Below are positions 13,503 through 30,739 of a stretch of DNA of 64,000 nucleotides, piece after piece (the stretch's first letter is position 1; each line of letters begins with the position of its first letter). A program made the position numbers and the translations under genes. The stretch covers positions 191,766,001 through 191,830,000 of the forward strand of contig OZ024740.1 in NCBI GenBank assembly GCA_964016885.1, read 5' to 3'. This stretch comes from Eledone cirrhosa. Taxonomy: Eukaryota. The notes under the pieces were generated by a model, which was not told the DNA's origin, did no database searches, and worked only from the letters and a program-made list of their open reading frames with translations.

Positions 13503-14952
13503 GGGAGATGGCGTTGTACAAATAAATATACTTACACAGAGACACACACACACATGCGTTGTTTAGGGAGCGATGATATGTGTTGGTGATGCTGATAATT
13601 TTGAAATAGGGATATATGCCTGGTGGTGGTGGTGGTGTATGCGATAACATATTTACAGGATCGAATTTTACGATGGATTACACGTTTAAAAAAGACATAT
13701 GGATCACGCGGAAAATAAGGGTATGTATGAGGGATGGTGGACGTATAGCGATGTGTATAGTGGTGGAGGTGGAGATGGCGTTGTACGAATAAATACTATG
13801 ACACACAAACATACACACACATGCGTTGTTTAGGGAGGGATTATATGTGTTGATGGTGTTGATGATGTTTGAAGCATGGAGATGTGCCTGGTGGTGGCGG
13901 TGGTGGTGTGTGCGATAAAATATTTACAGGATCGAATATTACGATGAATTACAGAGCGAAGTGTATGGTGGTGGTGGTGGTGGTGGCGATAGGCTGATAT
14001 GTTCGACATTATATTTACAGGATCAGATGTTACGATGGTTTACAAGTTAAACCCTGACAACTAGATCACATCGGTACTGAGAACAGGGATGTATGGCGAT
14101 ATGTCTGTTGGTGGAAGTGATGGATGCGACATGATATTTACAAAATCTGAACTTACAAAGAGTTACATGTTACATAAGACAAATGCACTGAGATGAGGTA
14201 CGGTGAGGCAACGCAAAGGTGGTTATCACTATGTTGAGTCATGGTTAGTGTGTCACCCTCGGCCGAATGTTTGTGCAGAGAAGGTGTCAACCTTGTGTGT
14301 CTACAATTTATAATTATGTCTGACCTAGAGTTTATGGCAGATTTTAATTTAATGATCTCAGCCGCCTCGGCTACGCATAACCTGCAGTGGTTTCTGTCAG
14401 TTGGGAGTTGGGCCACGCGTCTTTTGACTGACCATATGATCTGTAATTCGATGTTCTTCTCTTTGAGGTCCCAGATCAAGTCGGCCAGTCTTGTTTGGGA
14501 TCGTTTGAGCCTGTGTTTAAAGGAGCTTTTTGTGGTTATACCAGCGCTCCTTAAAAGTAGTCGAAATCGCACCTATATAGTAGTACACTTTACTGACAGC
14601 TGTGACATCGCACCGGTAAATACTATTCTTAACAAGGCACTCCCCGTTTAGTGGGCATTCTACCCACTTTTTAAAGTTGCAGTTGGGGTTACAGGTTGGA
14701 TGGCACGTTGTCGGTTGTTCGTATTCTGTGTGGAGCTGGCATGTGGGTTGTTGTGATGTTTAGTGTGTATGGTTTCCCTCTACTTGGTGCTAGTGGTTTG
14801 TTGTGGAGATACCATGTGTTTGCATATTTTTGTCCTATTAGTGTGTGCTATCTTGTCGCCTAGATTTGGTGCTGTGGAGAAAGAGAATTTGATAGTGTGT
14901 CTATTGAAGAGCTTGTGGTAAGTATGTGTGGATGGGAAGGATTGTTCCAGAG

Positions 14953-14955
<3 letters not shown>
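13500..14955 (-). mobile_element. 5'-truncated PLE with frameshifted linker and GIY-YIG (14153-14955) and a repetitive 3' UTR
   Basis: FPSTHTYHKLFNRHTIKFSFSTAPNL; CNFKKWVECPLNGECLVKNSIY..YIGAISTTFKERWYNH; then frameshift to LIWDLK..CRLCVAE..INSRSDIIINCRH. The motif ATATTTACAGGATC recurs in 13650-14140. Confidence 0.85.
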
Positions 14956-15299
<344 letters not shown>

Positions 15300-15387
15300 T
15301 ATAGGAAAACAGTCAGGACCCCGACGGCAGAGCTCAAGGCGTTTCGACGGCTATTTCTCGACGGCTATTTCTGGACTCTATATATAT

Positions 15388-15745
15388 ATTAGAAAGTGAG
15401 GTTTTTTTACAAAATGAAAAATAACCGAGGTGTCCTACACGAGTGAAAGTATAAAGAAAAAAGCATGTAATCAAATATGCAACTGGGGTCTGATTTTTAA
15501 GAAAATATATATATTTATCTAGTTCTATTACCGGTTTCGCATTTCTTCTGCTTTTCAAAAGTAGTGTTTAGATGGAGGTTCTGTGGTTTTTCAGACATCA
15601 GATGTGAGACAAACCACAGACCTTCCATCTCAACTCTACTCTTGAAAAGCAGAACAATGGCGAAACCGGTAAAGGAACCAAATAAATATATATATTTAAA
15701 AAAAAAAAAATTCCTGTTGCATTTTCAATTTCATCTTTTTTTCTA
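15388..15745. repeat. Head-to-head inverted pair of an HHR-bearing (U3A8) terminal repeat
   Basis: Arms 15460-15595 and 15603-15745 are reverse complements. Both contain TTGAAAA-GCAG..GC-GAAA-CCGG-TA with decayed stems. Same repeat at 46463-46678. Confidence 0.8.
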
Positions 15746-15756
15746 CACACAAACAG

Positions 15757-15868
<112 letters not shown>

Positions 15869-15869
15869 A

Positions 15870-18580
15870 TACCACAAGCCCAACGAGAAACTCGTATGTA
15901 TTAATGCCAAATCAAATCACCCTAGATCCATAACGAAGGCAGAGGTGAAGAGTGTCTCGGAAAGGATCTTCAGCCAGTCCGAAAGTAAGGAAATATTCAA
16001 TAACCACGCGGAATATTACAACGCGGCTCTAAAGAAGGCGGTACATGGCCAGAATATAACATATATTCCGAAACGCCGGGATGGGGATAGCCCACTCGAC
16101 ACCCACACCAGCGTTGCCTGGGGGGGGACCCTAACGCTACAGGCCGAGCAGAAACAAATAGTCCCCATGTGCCTGACACCACCACACGGGTGGTGGTGAC
16201 TAGTACGCTTAACCACGAGATGAAACACAATATGAGTAACAGTCTCAGGGGTGACGCTAACCAGCGCAGGACCGACGACCCCAACCGCAGGACACGTAGG
16301 AGTGGGGGAAACGGGGGACCACCACACGATAGATCTCTCAGCGCGGGCATCGACCACTTCACAGATTCAGGCCGTGAAGATAACAAAAAAGCATAGCACC
16401 CAAAGGGGAAGCAACAGTGCCGGAACCACCAGCAACCCAACAAATCTCCAACAAATTACGTCGCCCCCGACCCACATATATAGGAGGAGATACCGAAAAA
16501 TCACGTGGTACAACCAACCCTACTCAGCGGCCCTAAAGAACAGCTTCGCCCGATCATTCTTTGGAGCACTTGATAAATGCTTCCCGAGGGACCATAGATA
16601 CCACAGGATCTTCAGCAGACACACTGTGAAGCTCTCGTATTCCACCACGAGAAATCTGGCCCAACACATAGCTAACATCAATTGGAGTAGGCTTAAAAAA
16701 CACACACAACCAGAAGATGGCAATACAAGCACTCAGCAGAACCATGTGAAAGGAGAGAAGGGGGGACCCAGAGCCCACCAAGAAACCCAAACAGACCCGG
16801 GGACCCCCACCGTGCCTGGGGGAAGACCAACATATAACACATAACAGGAATCCTAATCTAGGCACGCAGATGTCGACCACCCTCTGCAACTGCAGAAACC
16901 CCGAATCATGCCCCCTTGGTAATGAATGCCTCAAGAAGAACCTAGTATACGGTTGTAGGGTTAAATGCCCCAACTCTGAACACCTCTACATAGGAGCCAC
17001 ATCAACGAGCTTTAAAGACCGCTGGTACAACCATCGCCATACATTCAATAAGAGGCCAAAAGGAAAAGCACGTCTCTCTCCGACATGATCTGGAAGCTTA
17101 AGCTGGACATGACGCCGTACTCTCTGGCCTGGTACATAATCAGGAAAGTACCACCCGATAAAGGGGGATCTTGCATATGCAAACTATGCCTGAACGAGAC
17201 CCTCGAGATACTAATAGGTCGAAGCGGCCTTATAAACCTCAGAACCGACTTATTCGGGACATGCAGACACCTTAGAGCCGGGACATTCCTCAAGATATAT
17301 GGACAGTAGCAACACAAGAAGATGTGAAGTCCCCTCAAGCTATAGGGAATTCTACAGAACATGTAAACACCTCTCGGCCAGACCTCCCTCAAGCTATATG
17401 GGCAGAAACAACACCCTAGGTTGTGAACTACCCTCAAGCCATAAGGAACAACCCAGGCTGAGCAGACACCATGATAGCCTAGAGATTGAATCGGACACAG
17501 CCATTATAATTTGGCCAACATCTATATAACACAAACACATTTTAATTTACTTGATTTCTGATTTTCAAGTTCCAATTTTAAATCTTGATTTTTCTTTATT
17601 AATTTGTTATTTGTTTTCTGCCCTCTTCACTGTATCACCTTATTTTTAAGTTGAGATTGATTATAACACAAACACATTTTGTTTGATTATCTTATTTTAA
17701 CATCTTGTTTCTGATACCAACCTATCCAACATATTTCTGACCTTGAGATTGGTTATAGTTGACACACACTTTATCCCACTTTATTTGAATCTTCATTTTA
17801 TTTTTCACTTCTCCATATTCTTTTTCATTACTTTTTCACCAATTTTTCATTTATTCTTTATTCTTTATTCTCTAATTATTATTTATTTTCTGTTTTCTTC
17901 ATTTATTGCCTTATATTTCTTCATATACATGGAATAACCCCACCCCCACCACCAGCACCACTATGAGAGATGGTGGCCGGAGGGATGAAGAAAATACACA
18001 CACAGATACTTCTAAATTGTCAGCAGCAGCAAGACATAAGCTGACCACAACACCGACAACACTACCGAAATAATGGTAGAGGTCAAAACTACTTAACAAT
18101 AGCAAACACAAACACTACAGGGAGCCTCACCCCAGAAAGAATTCTATAGACTTCTGACTGAGGAATGCTCTCAAAACTGACCAATGGGAAGTTTGACACT
18201 TTTTTTGTTATTTAGACCTTTACCACCTTGTTCCTTCTACCACTTTATCAATTTATAAAGCTAACTTCAACAATAACAACACTTAGAATGAGGAATGTTC
18301 TAACAACTGACCAATGAGAGGAGAAGAGGCCCTTTGACACTGAAAGTCGTTTGTTTGAATTCATATGATGCCAGTTCCACAGAGGAATAACAACCTAACC
18401 AGGAACTGGACATATCAGAATATTGACAACATTATACACCTCAACAACATATGTACTTGTCTATACCACACTAATTCGGACTGCCTGAAGAGGTCACAGC
18501 CAAAGATGGCTGTCACTGAAATATATATAGCAGTAATAAACGAAGCTAAATTTTAAACATTTGACTTTTTATTTAACTTT

Positions 18581-18590
<10 letters not shown>
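15870..18590 (+). mobile_element. 5'-truncated PLE (RT thumb, linker, GIY-YIG; frameshifted) with 3' UTR and terminal HHR
   Basis: [18 protein letters not shown]; RKITWYNQPYS..CFPRDHRYHRIFSRHTVKLSYST; CNCRNPESCPLGNECLKKNLVY..YIGATSTSFKDRWYNH; IWKLK..CKLCLNE..INLRTDLFGTCRH. Bounded by (TA)n on both sides. Confidence 0.92.
18480..18534 (+). ncRNA. Type I hammerhead ribozyme
   Basis: ACTGC-CTGAAGA-GGTCACAGCCA-AAGA-TGGCTGTCACT-GAAA-TATATA-TA-GCAGT, immediately followed by AATAAA. Confidence 0.88.
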
Positions 18591-18630
<40 letters not shown>

Positions 18631-18635
<5 letters not shown>

Positions 18636-19232
18636 CACTGATGAGGGACTCATTTTATAACATGTTATCCATGTGCAACCAGCAGTATTCTTCTCACCCA
18701 TATTTTTCATATATTTACCCAAACTGCAATTCTGTGTTTCTCTCTTTTTCTCTTACTGCTCCCTCGTTCTCTCTGTGTCTCTTACTTTCTTTCGTCTCCT
18801 CAGCCATGTCAGTTAACACTTTCTCTCTACTGACCTCTTCCTCGCACTCCCACTCACTCAGTCCCTGTTTCTCCCCTTCTTTCTTCTCCCCGTTCGCTGT
18901 GAAAACGGTTCCCCTTCTTTCTAACACCGAATTCACTAGCGAAATGTCTGTTACCGACTCGCGCATATTTTCACACAGCTTATGCTGAAAGAATAACTAT
19001 GTTGCTTGTGTTTATTTCCATCTTCGGTTAGCTTCCCCCTGTGTTGTTTACTTGTCTCACTCGCTTTACGCATTTCTATTGTCCTAATAACTTATTTTAA
19101 TTATTATCGCTCCAACGTGAGGTATATGATTTTTAATGCGATGAAATACCCATGATCGTTTGGTAAATCACTGATGAGGGACTCATTTTATAACATGTTA
19201 TCCATGTGCAACCAGCAGTATTCTTCTCACCC

Positions 19233-19240
<8 letters not shown>
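18631..19240 (+). repeat. ~610-bp element with ~78-bp direct terminal repeats (18631-18709, 19164-19240), inserted in (TA)n
   Basis: Identical TAAATCACTGATGAGGGACTCATTTTATAACATG...CCATATTTT at both ends. Diverged relative at 21460-21550 (-). Confidence 0.8.
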
Positions 19241-19311
<71 letters not shown>

Positions 19312-19928
19312 TATATATATATATATAGAGAATTTTTGTTGGAGCCACTTTTTTAACATAAAAACAGTCTTGGCGCAAAATCAATTTTTTACATTCACAT
19401 GACCTCTACCGACCAATCAAATTTGTTTTGACCACAAGAATTTTTGCAAATTGGAGCCACTTTTTTAACATAAAAACAGGTAGAATTCCCAAAACTAATC
19501 AGATCAGAGCAAACAGCACGGACACTCTATCTCAAAATTATTTTTGAAAAGCATTTAGAAATGCGCAACCGGTAAAAACTTAAAAACTTAAAACCACAAC
19601 TGAATACTAACCCATACAATCACTAATAATCTTTTATTCCTAATTAAACCATTTTTCAACTGTGAACATTTTGTCAGCATTTTCTATTCCGTTTACCAAT
19701 ATATATATGTATATATACATATTTGTTTTGCAAGGTTATATGAAATCGTGTGGCGAAACAAATATTGATATAGTTGGGGAGTGTCAAATTGTTATAATAT
19801 TGCCAGAAATTAAAACATAGTACACTCACTGTTTGGTTGGTTTTCGCTTCTCTTTCTTTTATATCTCCATAGTTAATTTATTTCGCAATCTATGTTTATT
19901 ATTGATTGGGCAACGGTTAAAAATACAG

Positions 19929-19984
<56 letters not shown>

Positions 19985-19987
<3 letters not shown>

Positions 19988-20051
19988 AAGTATGTATGTA
20001 TACGTACATACATATATGTATACAGACGTACAGTAGCATGCATATATATAC

Positions 20052-20106
<55 letters not shown>

Positions 20107-20655
20107 TATACATACATGCACACAGGTACACATACATATATGCACGCATCAGTTTAGCCGACGTTTATTATAACGCAGCTTTGTTCGTTTGTTTGTCAAC
20201 AAAGCGAACAGCCTGAATTTATGCCATACGGTGTTAAGGCAACCACGTCACCTTTTTGTTCAACACTGACACAGGAACGATGTACTAGTTTCAAGCTTGT
20301 TAACTATCATCAGCACCGTTTACCCATCTGCCAGATAGTTAAACGTTCGAAAGTATATACTTTCCTTATGAAAATTAACGGCTGAGCAGCCTAATTTGCA
20401 TATTGAGTGAGTTAAATCGGTCAGGCATACCGAAAACGATAAGTTGAAAAAAATGAAAACGAAATTTCATTTCTCACTCTTAGTATGGCACTTACTTAAA
20501 TGTAAGCATGTATGTATACGTACATACATATATGTATACAGACGTACAGTAGCATGCATATATATACATATACATACATATATATATATATATACATATA
20601 TATACATACATGCACACAGGTACACATACATATATGCACGCATCAGTTTAGCCGT
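19985..20655 (-). repeat. Diverged copy (~1.3 units) of the 420-bp HHR tandem family
   Basis: Shares sequence with 25546-27185. Unit start repeats at 19985 and 20501. Confidence 0.75.
20276..20320 (-). ncRNA. Type I hammerhead ribozyme
   Basis: minus strand AACGGTG-CTGATGA-TAGTT-AACA-AGCTT-GAAA-CTAG-TA-CATCGTT; intact core, ACTAGT palindrome, GUA. Confidence 0.85.
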
Positions 20656-21187
<532 letters not shown>

Positions 21188-21224
21188 CATATATATACAT
21201 ATACATATATATAAATATATGTAT

Positions 21225-21391
<167 letters not shown>

Positions 21392-21839
21392 AATGTATAT
21401 ATATATATGTATATATATATGTATATATATATATATGTTTGTTATATATATATATATATAATAAAAATGGTGTGTTGCGTGGTTGCACATGAATAAAATT
21501 AGTCCTTCATCAGTGATCTTCCAACCTACATTCGTATTTCATCGCTTTATATATATATATCCACACGTATTATGGTAGCTAAGATGCGTCCATAGGCGGT
21601 ATGCAAGTTGAGCAATCTATGCTCCGACAGACTAGATTATTATGTAATAGAAAACGAAGAATCAGTGATGCATCTGAACTCAATTTACAACGTGTTCCAA
21701 TTGCTTCCCCGGCAAATAGCTCGATGTTCGATATGTGTGTCGATCTAACTTGACTCTGGATTCCTTGAGCTGTACCCCGGGGAAATAAATGTAACACGTA
21801 ATAAATCGAGTTCAGAGGCACCAGTGATTGTTCGTTTTC

Positions 21840-23260
<1,421 letters not shown>

Positions 23261-23295
23261 AGTAAGTAAATTTTTATAATTTTTTTATTTTACGT

Positions 23296-23344
<49 letters not shown>

Positions 23345-23348
<4 letters not shown>

Positions 23349-25545
23349 ATTTACATATACACAAACTAGAGAATGTTATAGATATAGATATATATGTTTT
23401 TGGCAAACATTCACGATGTGATTCAATGATGAATGAATTAATTAAATTATCAACAATCAGAGCAATATACAATAAAGTAAGTACATAGAATCATTTCATA
23501 AACTATATACACCATTTTCTCTCCCAATCAGCACGATCAACCACACGAAAAAACAATTAAAACCGGCTATAAGATTAAAAGACACCTATGAAGAAATAAT
23601 AGATGAATAAACGACAGCTATCTATTCGCGATCAACAGCCAAAGAATATTTACCCACCATTTCCAATAGCACGTGGGAATCGATTAAATATATCGTCAAC
23701 CATACACAATTAGGTATAAAATCAAAGTTAGAAGAAAAAATGTATATAAACATACCAAAACTCCGTTTCTACCCCATGGAGTTTCTTTCGTTTTGGAAAT
23801 ATCCGATCAAGGATAAATTCACGAGCTTCGAAATCATCAGGAAACAAGCTCACTTGGACGAAGATTTTTCTCAAATGTTCCCCGCCAGAGACGAATTCAA
23901 AATGGCTAAGAACTTTAACGTGGCACTGCTCAAGTCAGAAAGAATGTGATTGGTGCCTTAAGGCTTGTGGGCTGGTTGCTAGAAAGAGCAGTTTAATATT
24001 GCCTAAATTGCATCTCAACCATATGGGAGATTATCAAATATATAGATTTACATATACGACACTAGAGAAAGTCATAGATATATATATATATCTGTTTGCC
24101 AACCATTCACGATGTGGCTCAATGCCGAATTAATAAATTAAATAATCAACAATCAGAGCAATATACAATAAAGTATGTCCATAGCATCATTTGATAACAT
24201 GTATACACCATTACCTCTCCAAATCAGCATAACCAACCACACAAAAAAACAATTAAACCAGGCTATAAGATTAAAAGACACCCATGAAGAAAGAATACAT
24301 AAATAAACGACAGCTATCTAATCGCGATCAACAGCCATAGAATATTTACCCACCATTTCCAATAGCACGTGGTAATCGATCAAATAAATCGTCAACCATA
24401 CACAATTAGGTATAAAATCAAAGTTAGAAGAAAAAAATATATAAACATATCAAAATTACGTTTCTACCCCATGGAGTTTCATTCGTTTTGGAAACATCCG
24501 ATCAAGGATAAATTCACGCGCTTCGAAATCATCAGGAAACAAACTCAATTGGACGAAGATTCTTCTTAAATGATCCCCGCCAGAAACGAATTCAAAATGG
24601 CTAAGAACTGTGACGTGGCAGTTGTCAAGTCAGAAAGAATATGATTGGTGCTTTACGGCGAGTGGGCTGGTTGCTAGAAAGCGCAGCCTAATATTGCCTA
24701 AATTGCACCTCAACCATATCAGAGATTATCAAATATAAACATTTACATATACACAAACTAGAGAAAGTCATAGATATGTATATATATATATCATTTTGGC
24801 AACCACTCACGATGTGGCTGAATGACGAATTAATTAATTAAATAATCAACAATCAGAGCAATTTACAATAAAGTATGTCCGTAGAATCATTTGATAAAAT
24901 GTATACACCATTTCCTCTCCCAATCAGCATAATCAACCACACAAAAAAACAATTAAACCAGGCTATAAGATTAAAAGACACCCATGAAGAAATAATACAT
25001 AAATAAACGACAGCTATCTAATCGCGATCAACAGCCATAGAATATTTACCCAGCATTTCCAATAGCACGTGTGAATCCATTAAATAAATCGTCAACTATA
25101 CACAATTAAGTATAAATACAAAGTTGGAAGAAAAAATGTATATAAACATACCAAAATTCCGTTTCTACCCCATGGGGTTTCATTCGTTTTGGAAATATCC
25201 GGTCTAGGATAAATTCACTAGCTTCGAAATGACATGGAAACAAACTCACTTGGACGAAGATATTTCTCAAATAATCCCCGCCAGAAACGAATTCAAAATG
25301 GCTAAGAACTGTAACGTGGCATTGGTCAGATCAGAAAGAATGTGATTGTTGCCTTACGGCGAGTGGGCTGGTTGGTAGAAGGCGCAGCCTATTATTGGCT
25401 AAATCGCATCTCAACCATAGAGGGTATTATCAAATATAAAGATTTACATATATACAAACAAGAGAAAGTAATATATATATATATATATCTTTTTGGCAAC
25501 CATTCACGACGTGGCTCAATGATGAATTAATTAAATAACCAACAA
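23345..25545 (-). repeat. Tandem array, ~697-bp unit (3.15 units), one HHR per unit (23765-23845, 24460-24540, core destroyed at 25161-25241)
   Basis: Unit marker ATTTACATATA near 23349, 24046, 24741 and 25442. Minus strand GTTTC-CTGATGA-TTTCG...CGAAA-GAAA-CTCCATGGGG-TA-GAAAC. Confidence 0.9.
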
Positions 25546-27267
<1,722 letters not shown>

Positions 27268-27393
27268 TATATATATATATACATATACATGTGTGTGTGT
27301 GTGTATGTGTGTATGTGTGTGTGTGATGTGTGTATGTGTGTGTGTGTATGCATGAATATATATATATATATCAATATATATATATATATATTC

Positions 27394-27461
<68 letters not shown>

Positions 27462-27736
27462 AAATATATGCTTTCGCCGCATTATTGACTAAATACACTT
27501 TAACCTCATAGTGGGCTTTGGAGCCCTCTATTTATTCTAAAATTATGTGTATCGGCGTACATGGTTAGTAAGTCACTCAACACATTAGAAGAACTTAAAC
27601 ATCGGGTTTCATATAGAGATTGCTCGTACCGTACAGGACTTGAACTATTTCATACAAAATATTTCACCAGGAAATGATTTCTTTACAGTGAAACATCTCC
27701 TGTCCTATAGAAGACTAATCTGGGTCTCTCTCCCTC

Positions 27737-27784
<48 letters not shown>

Positions 27785-28708
27785 TCTCTCGTTCTCTCTA
27801 TCCCTATGTCTCTCTCCGTCCTTCTTTCTCTCTCTCCCTCTCTCTCTACACACATATATGTGTGTGTATGTATAGAGAGAACTATACAGAATGAACATGC
27901 AGTTTACTCCAAGTTACACACCCTGGATTTATATATATATATATACATACACTTATACTAACATTCATAGCACGCAGATATACAAATTACATGACTACGC
28001 GTATAAATTGCCAACCATTTTCACGTTCATATTTCTAATAAATGCAATGCATAAATCGTTTAGTTATTGTTTATCTTATTATACTAGAAATGGGAAAGTG
28101 GGAGGATTGATTCAGCGTGAAACGCATCGCCCTGTCAAGGAATCGAACTCATAATTGCGAATCCAATTCTCCTCTCTCTGGGCCACGCACATTGACATAT
28201 GCAAAAAGTATACCAGAAATTATAATTAGTCAAACAGAAAAGCTTTTGTATAATCTTGACCTTAAGCCGTTCAGAATTCTCCACAATACTACTAAGAAAG
28301 TTTTCTCAAATCCCTCTTTCATTACTTTCTTGATTTTTAGATATATATGATTTTTCCACAATAATTATCTTCAATAATTATTTCAATCCGCCCTACTTGT
28401 TAAAATAAGTCAAACGTTTACCGATTAAATCCCGTCATTTTACCCTTGATTGATTAGAACTTATATTTCCCAATAGTATAAATGTTAGACCAGAAGACAT
28501 ATTTAAATGCCTGCCAGGAAAATATTTTCTAGAACATATATTGGTTATGCAGTAAGATTCCTTGATGAAATTACATTGATACTTTGTGCTAGTTATATTA
28601 AAGAATATACTGTATGGTCCTTTTTCCTGTTTCAGGGGCTGTATTACCAGAGCTGAAACTTTCACATTGGACGACCTCCGTGTATATTATTAGTAAATAG
28701 GAAATCTA

Positions 28709-29396
28709 TCTATATATATAAAACTGAGGTTGTCTGTCTGTCTACTAAAACCTTCGGCACACATCTCCTCTTAAACCGTACGTTCAAATTTCGGTGAAAT
28801 TGCTACACTTATAGATGAAGGTCCGGTGGAACCATCGGTCAAATAAATTTTCAAATAATTTCTTGTTTTTGATTATGTCATCTATATATATAAAACTGAG
28901 GTTGTCTGTCTGTCTACTAAAACCTTCGGCACACATCTCCTCTTAAACCGTACGTTCAAATTTCGGTGAAATTGCTACACTTATAGATGAAGGTCCGGTG
29001 GAACCATCGGTCAAATAAATTTTCAAATAATTTCTTGTTTTTGATTATGTCATCTATATATATAAAACTGAGGTTGTCTGTCTGTCTACTAAAACATTCG
29101 GCACACATCTCCTCTTAAACCGTACGTTCAAATTTCGGTGAAATTGCTACACTTATAGATGAAGGTTCGGCGGAACCATCGGTCAAATAAATTTTCAAAT
29201 AAGTTCTTATTTTTGATTATGTCATCTATATATATAAAACTGAGGTTGTCTGTCTGTCTACTAAAACCTTCGGCACACATCTCCTCTTAAACCGTACGTT
29301 CAAATTTCGGTGAAATTGCTACACTTATAGATGAAGGTCCGGCGGAACCATCGGTCAAATAAATTTTCAAATAAGTTCTTGTTTTTGATTATGTCA
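28709..29396 (+). repeat. Four near-identical 172-bp tandem copies of a Helitron 5' terminus
   Basis: TCTATATATATAAAACTGAGGTTGTCTGTCTG at 28709, 28881, 29053 and 29225, each preceded by A. Confidence 0.9.
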
Positions 29397-29973
29397 TCTA
29401 TATATATAAAGCTGTGGTTGTCTGTCTGTCTATCGATTTTTGGCACACATCTCCTCTTAGAATCTCTGACGGAATTGCACCGAAATTGCTATACTTGTAC
29501 ATTGAGCCCTAGCGAAGACATCGGAAAAAAAATATTTCAAATTGACCCACCCTATGTGACGAAATCGAATCTAATGTATCGATTTTTGAGCGTAAGTGAC
29601 GAGTTATTTCCCTTTGTTCTGTTTACCATTAACACAATACACGAACAGTTGTCGAGCCAGCAAATTTTGACCTGCAAAATTCATCAGTTCGAACACTAAG
29701 CTTCCGTTTTGCTTCATTTCCATTTAAAAGCCTTTTAAAACAATATTTTTACTTGAAAACAAGTCTATTTAAAGACTACGTAAAACAAGCAAATATTTCG
29801 TAAAAAAAAGCAAAAATTATATAAGTTTATTTAAAATATATGTATCTGTAGATTTCGTTAGGCGTGCAGACAGACAGTCGTGCAGACAGATTTTAAGCCA
29901 AAAAAGAAACTTAACATTGTAACTTTAACACAGCTACTGAGCGACCCCGAGCAACGCCGGGCTTTACTGCTAG
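29397..29973 (+). mobile_element. Complete non-autonomous Helitron, followed head-to-tail by another 5' end
   Basis: A|TCTATATATATAAAG start; CCCGAGCAACGCCGGG hairpin then CTAG|T end; next TATATATATAAAACTGAGGTTGTC begins at 29974. Confidence 0.85.
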
Positions 29974-30739
29974 TATATATATAAAACTGAGGTTGTCTGT
30001 CTGTCTACTAAAATGGTCGGCACACATCTCCTCTTATACCGTACGCTCAAATTTCGGTGAAATTGCTATACTTATAGATGAAGGTCAGGCGGAGACATCG
30101 CTCAAACAAATGTTCAAATCGACCCACGCAAAAGTGCAAAAATCGAATTTGTAATGTATTTTCAGTTCAACTGTATAACTAGAGATGAGAGACGAGTTAT
30201 TTCCCTTTTATGGAACGCGCAGACGTTAACAAATTCCTACCATTTGCAGACGATTACATATTTCGATTCTTGTCAGAATAAGTAGATGCTATAATATTTA
30301 TTAAAATAACAGATTAAAGTTTAAGCAAAGAATCATTGCTTTCACCGTTAAGCAGCGATTTTTTGATTTTCGTTCAAACCTTCGTAGATTTTGTAAATAA
30401 ATTATGACGTCATATGTTTTTCTACGTTTATAAATCATTCTAGCAATTTCCTTTATTTACTTGCTGATATGAAATAAAAATTAAATATTATACCCCACAT
30501 ATATAGATTTGTAATAGACATTTTTAATTTTGACATAGATAGACTATTTTTATTTTTTTATTTTATTTTATTTTATTTTATGAACATATCTTTTATACTT
30601 ATTTTAATTTAATAAAATTTCTTTTTTTATTAATTCATTTTTACACTTAATCCAATTTTCAGTATTTAAACCCAATATAAAATAATATACCCAGTTTCTA
30701 TATTTTAGACATCTAATATTTGAATACAATCTATAATTG

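Noticed and set aside
28636-28692. Possible + strand exon after TCCTTTTTCCTGTTTCAG
   Set aside because: Weak donor and no recognisable protein; cannot support without RNA data
28709-29396. CRISPR-like regular repeat
   Set aside because: Whole 172-bp units repeat with no unique spacers; eukaryotic Helitron termini
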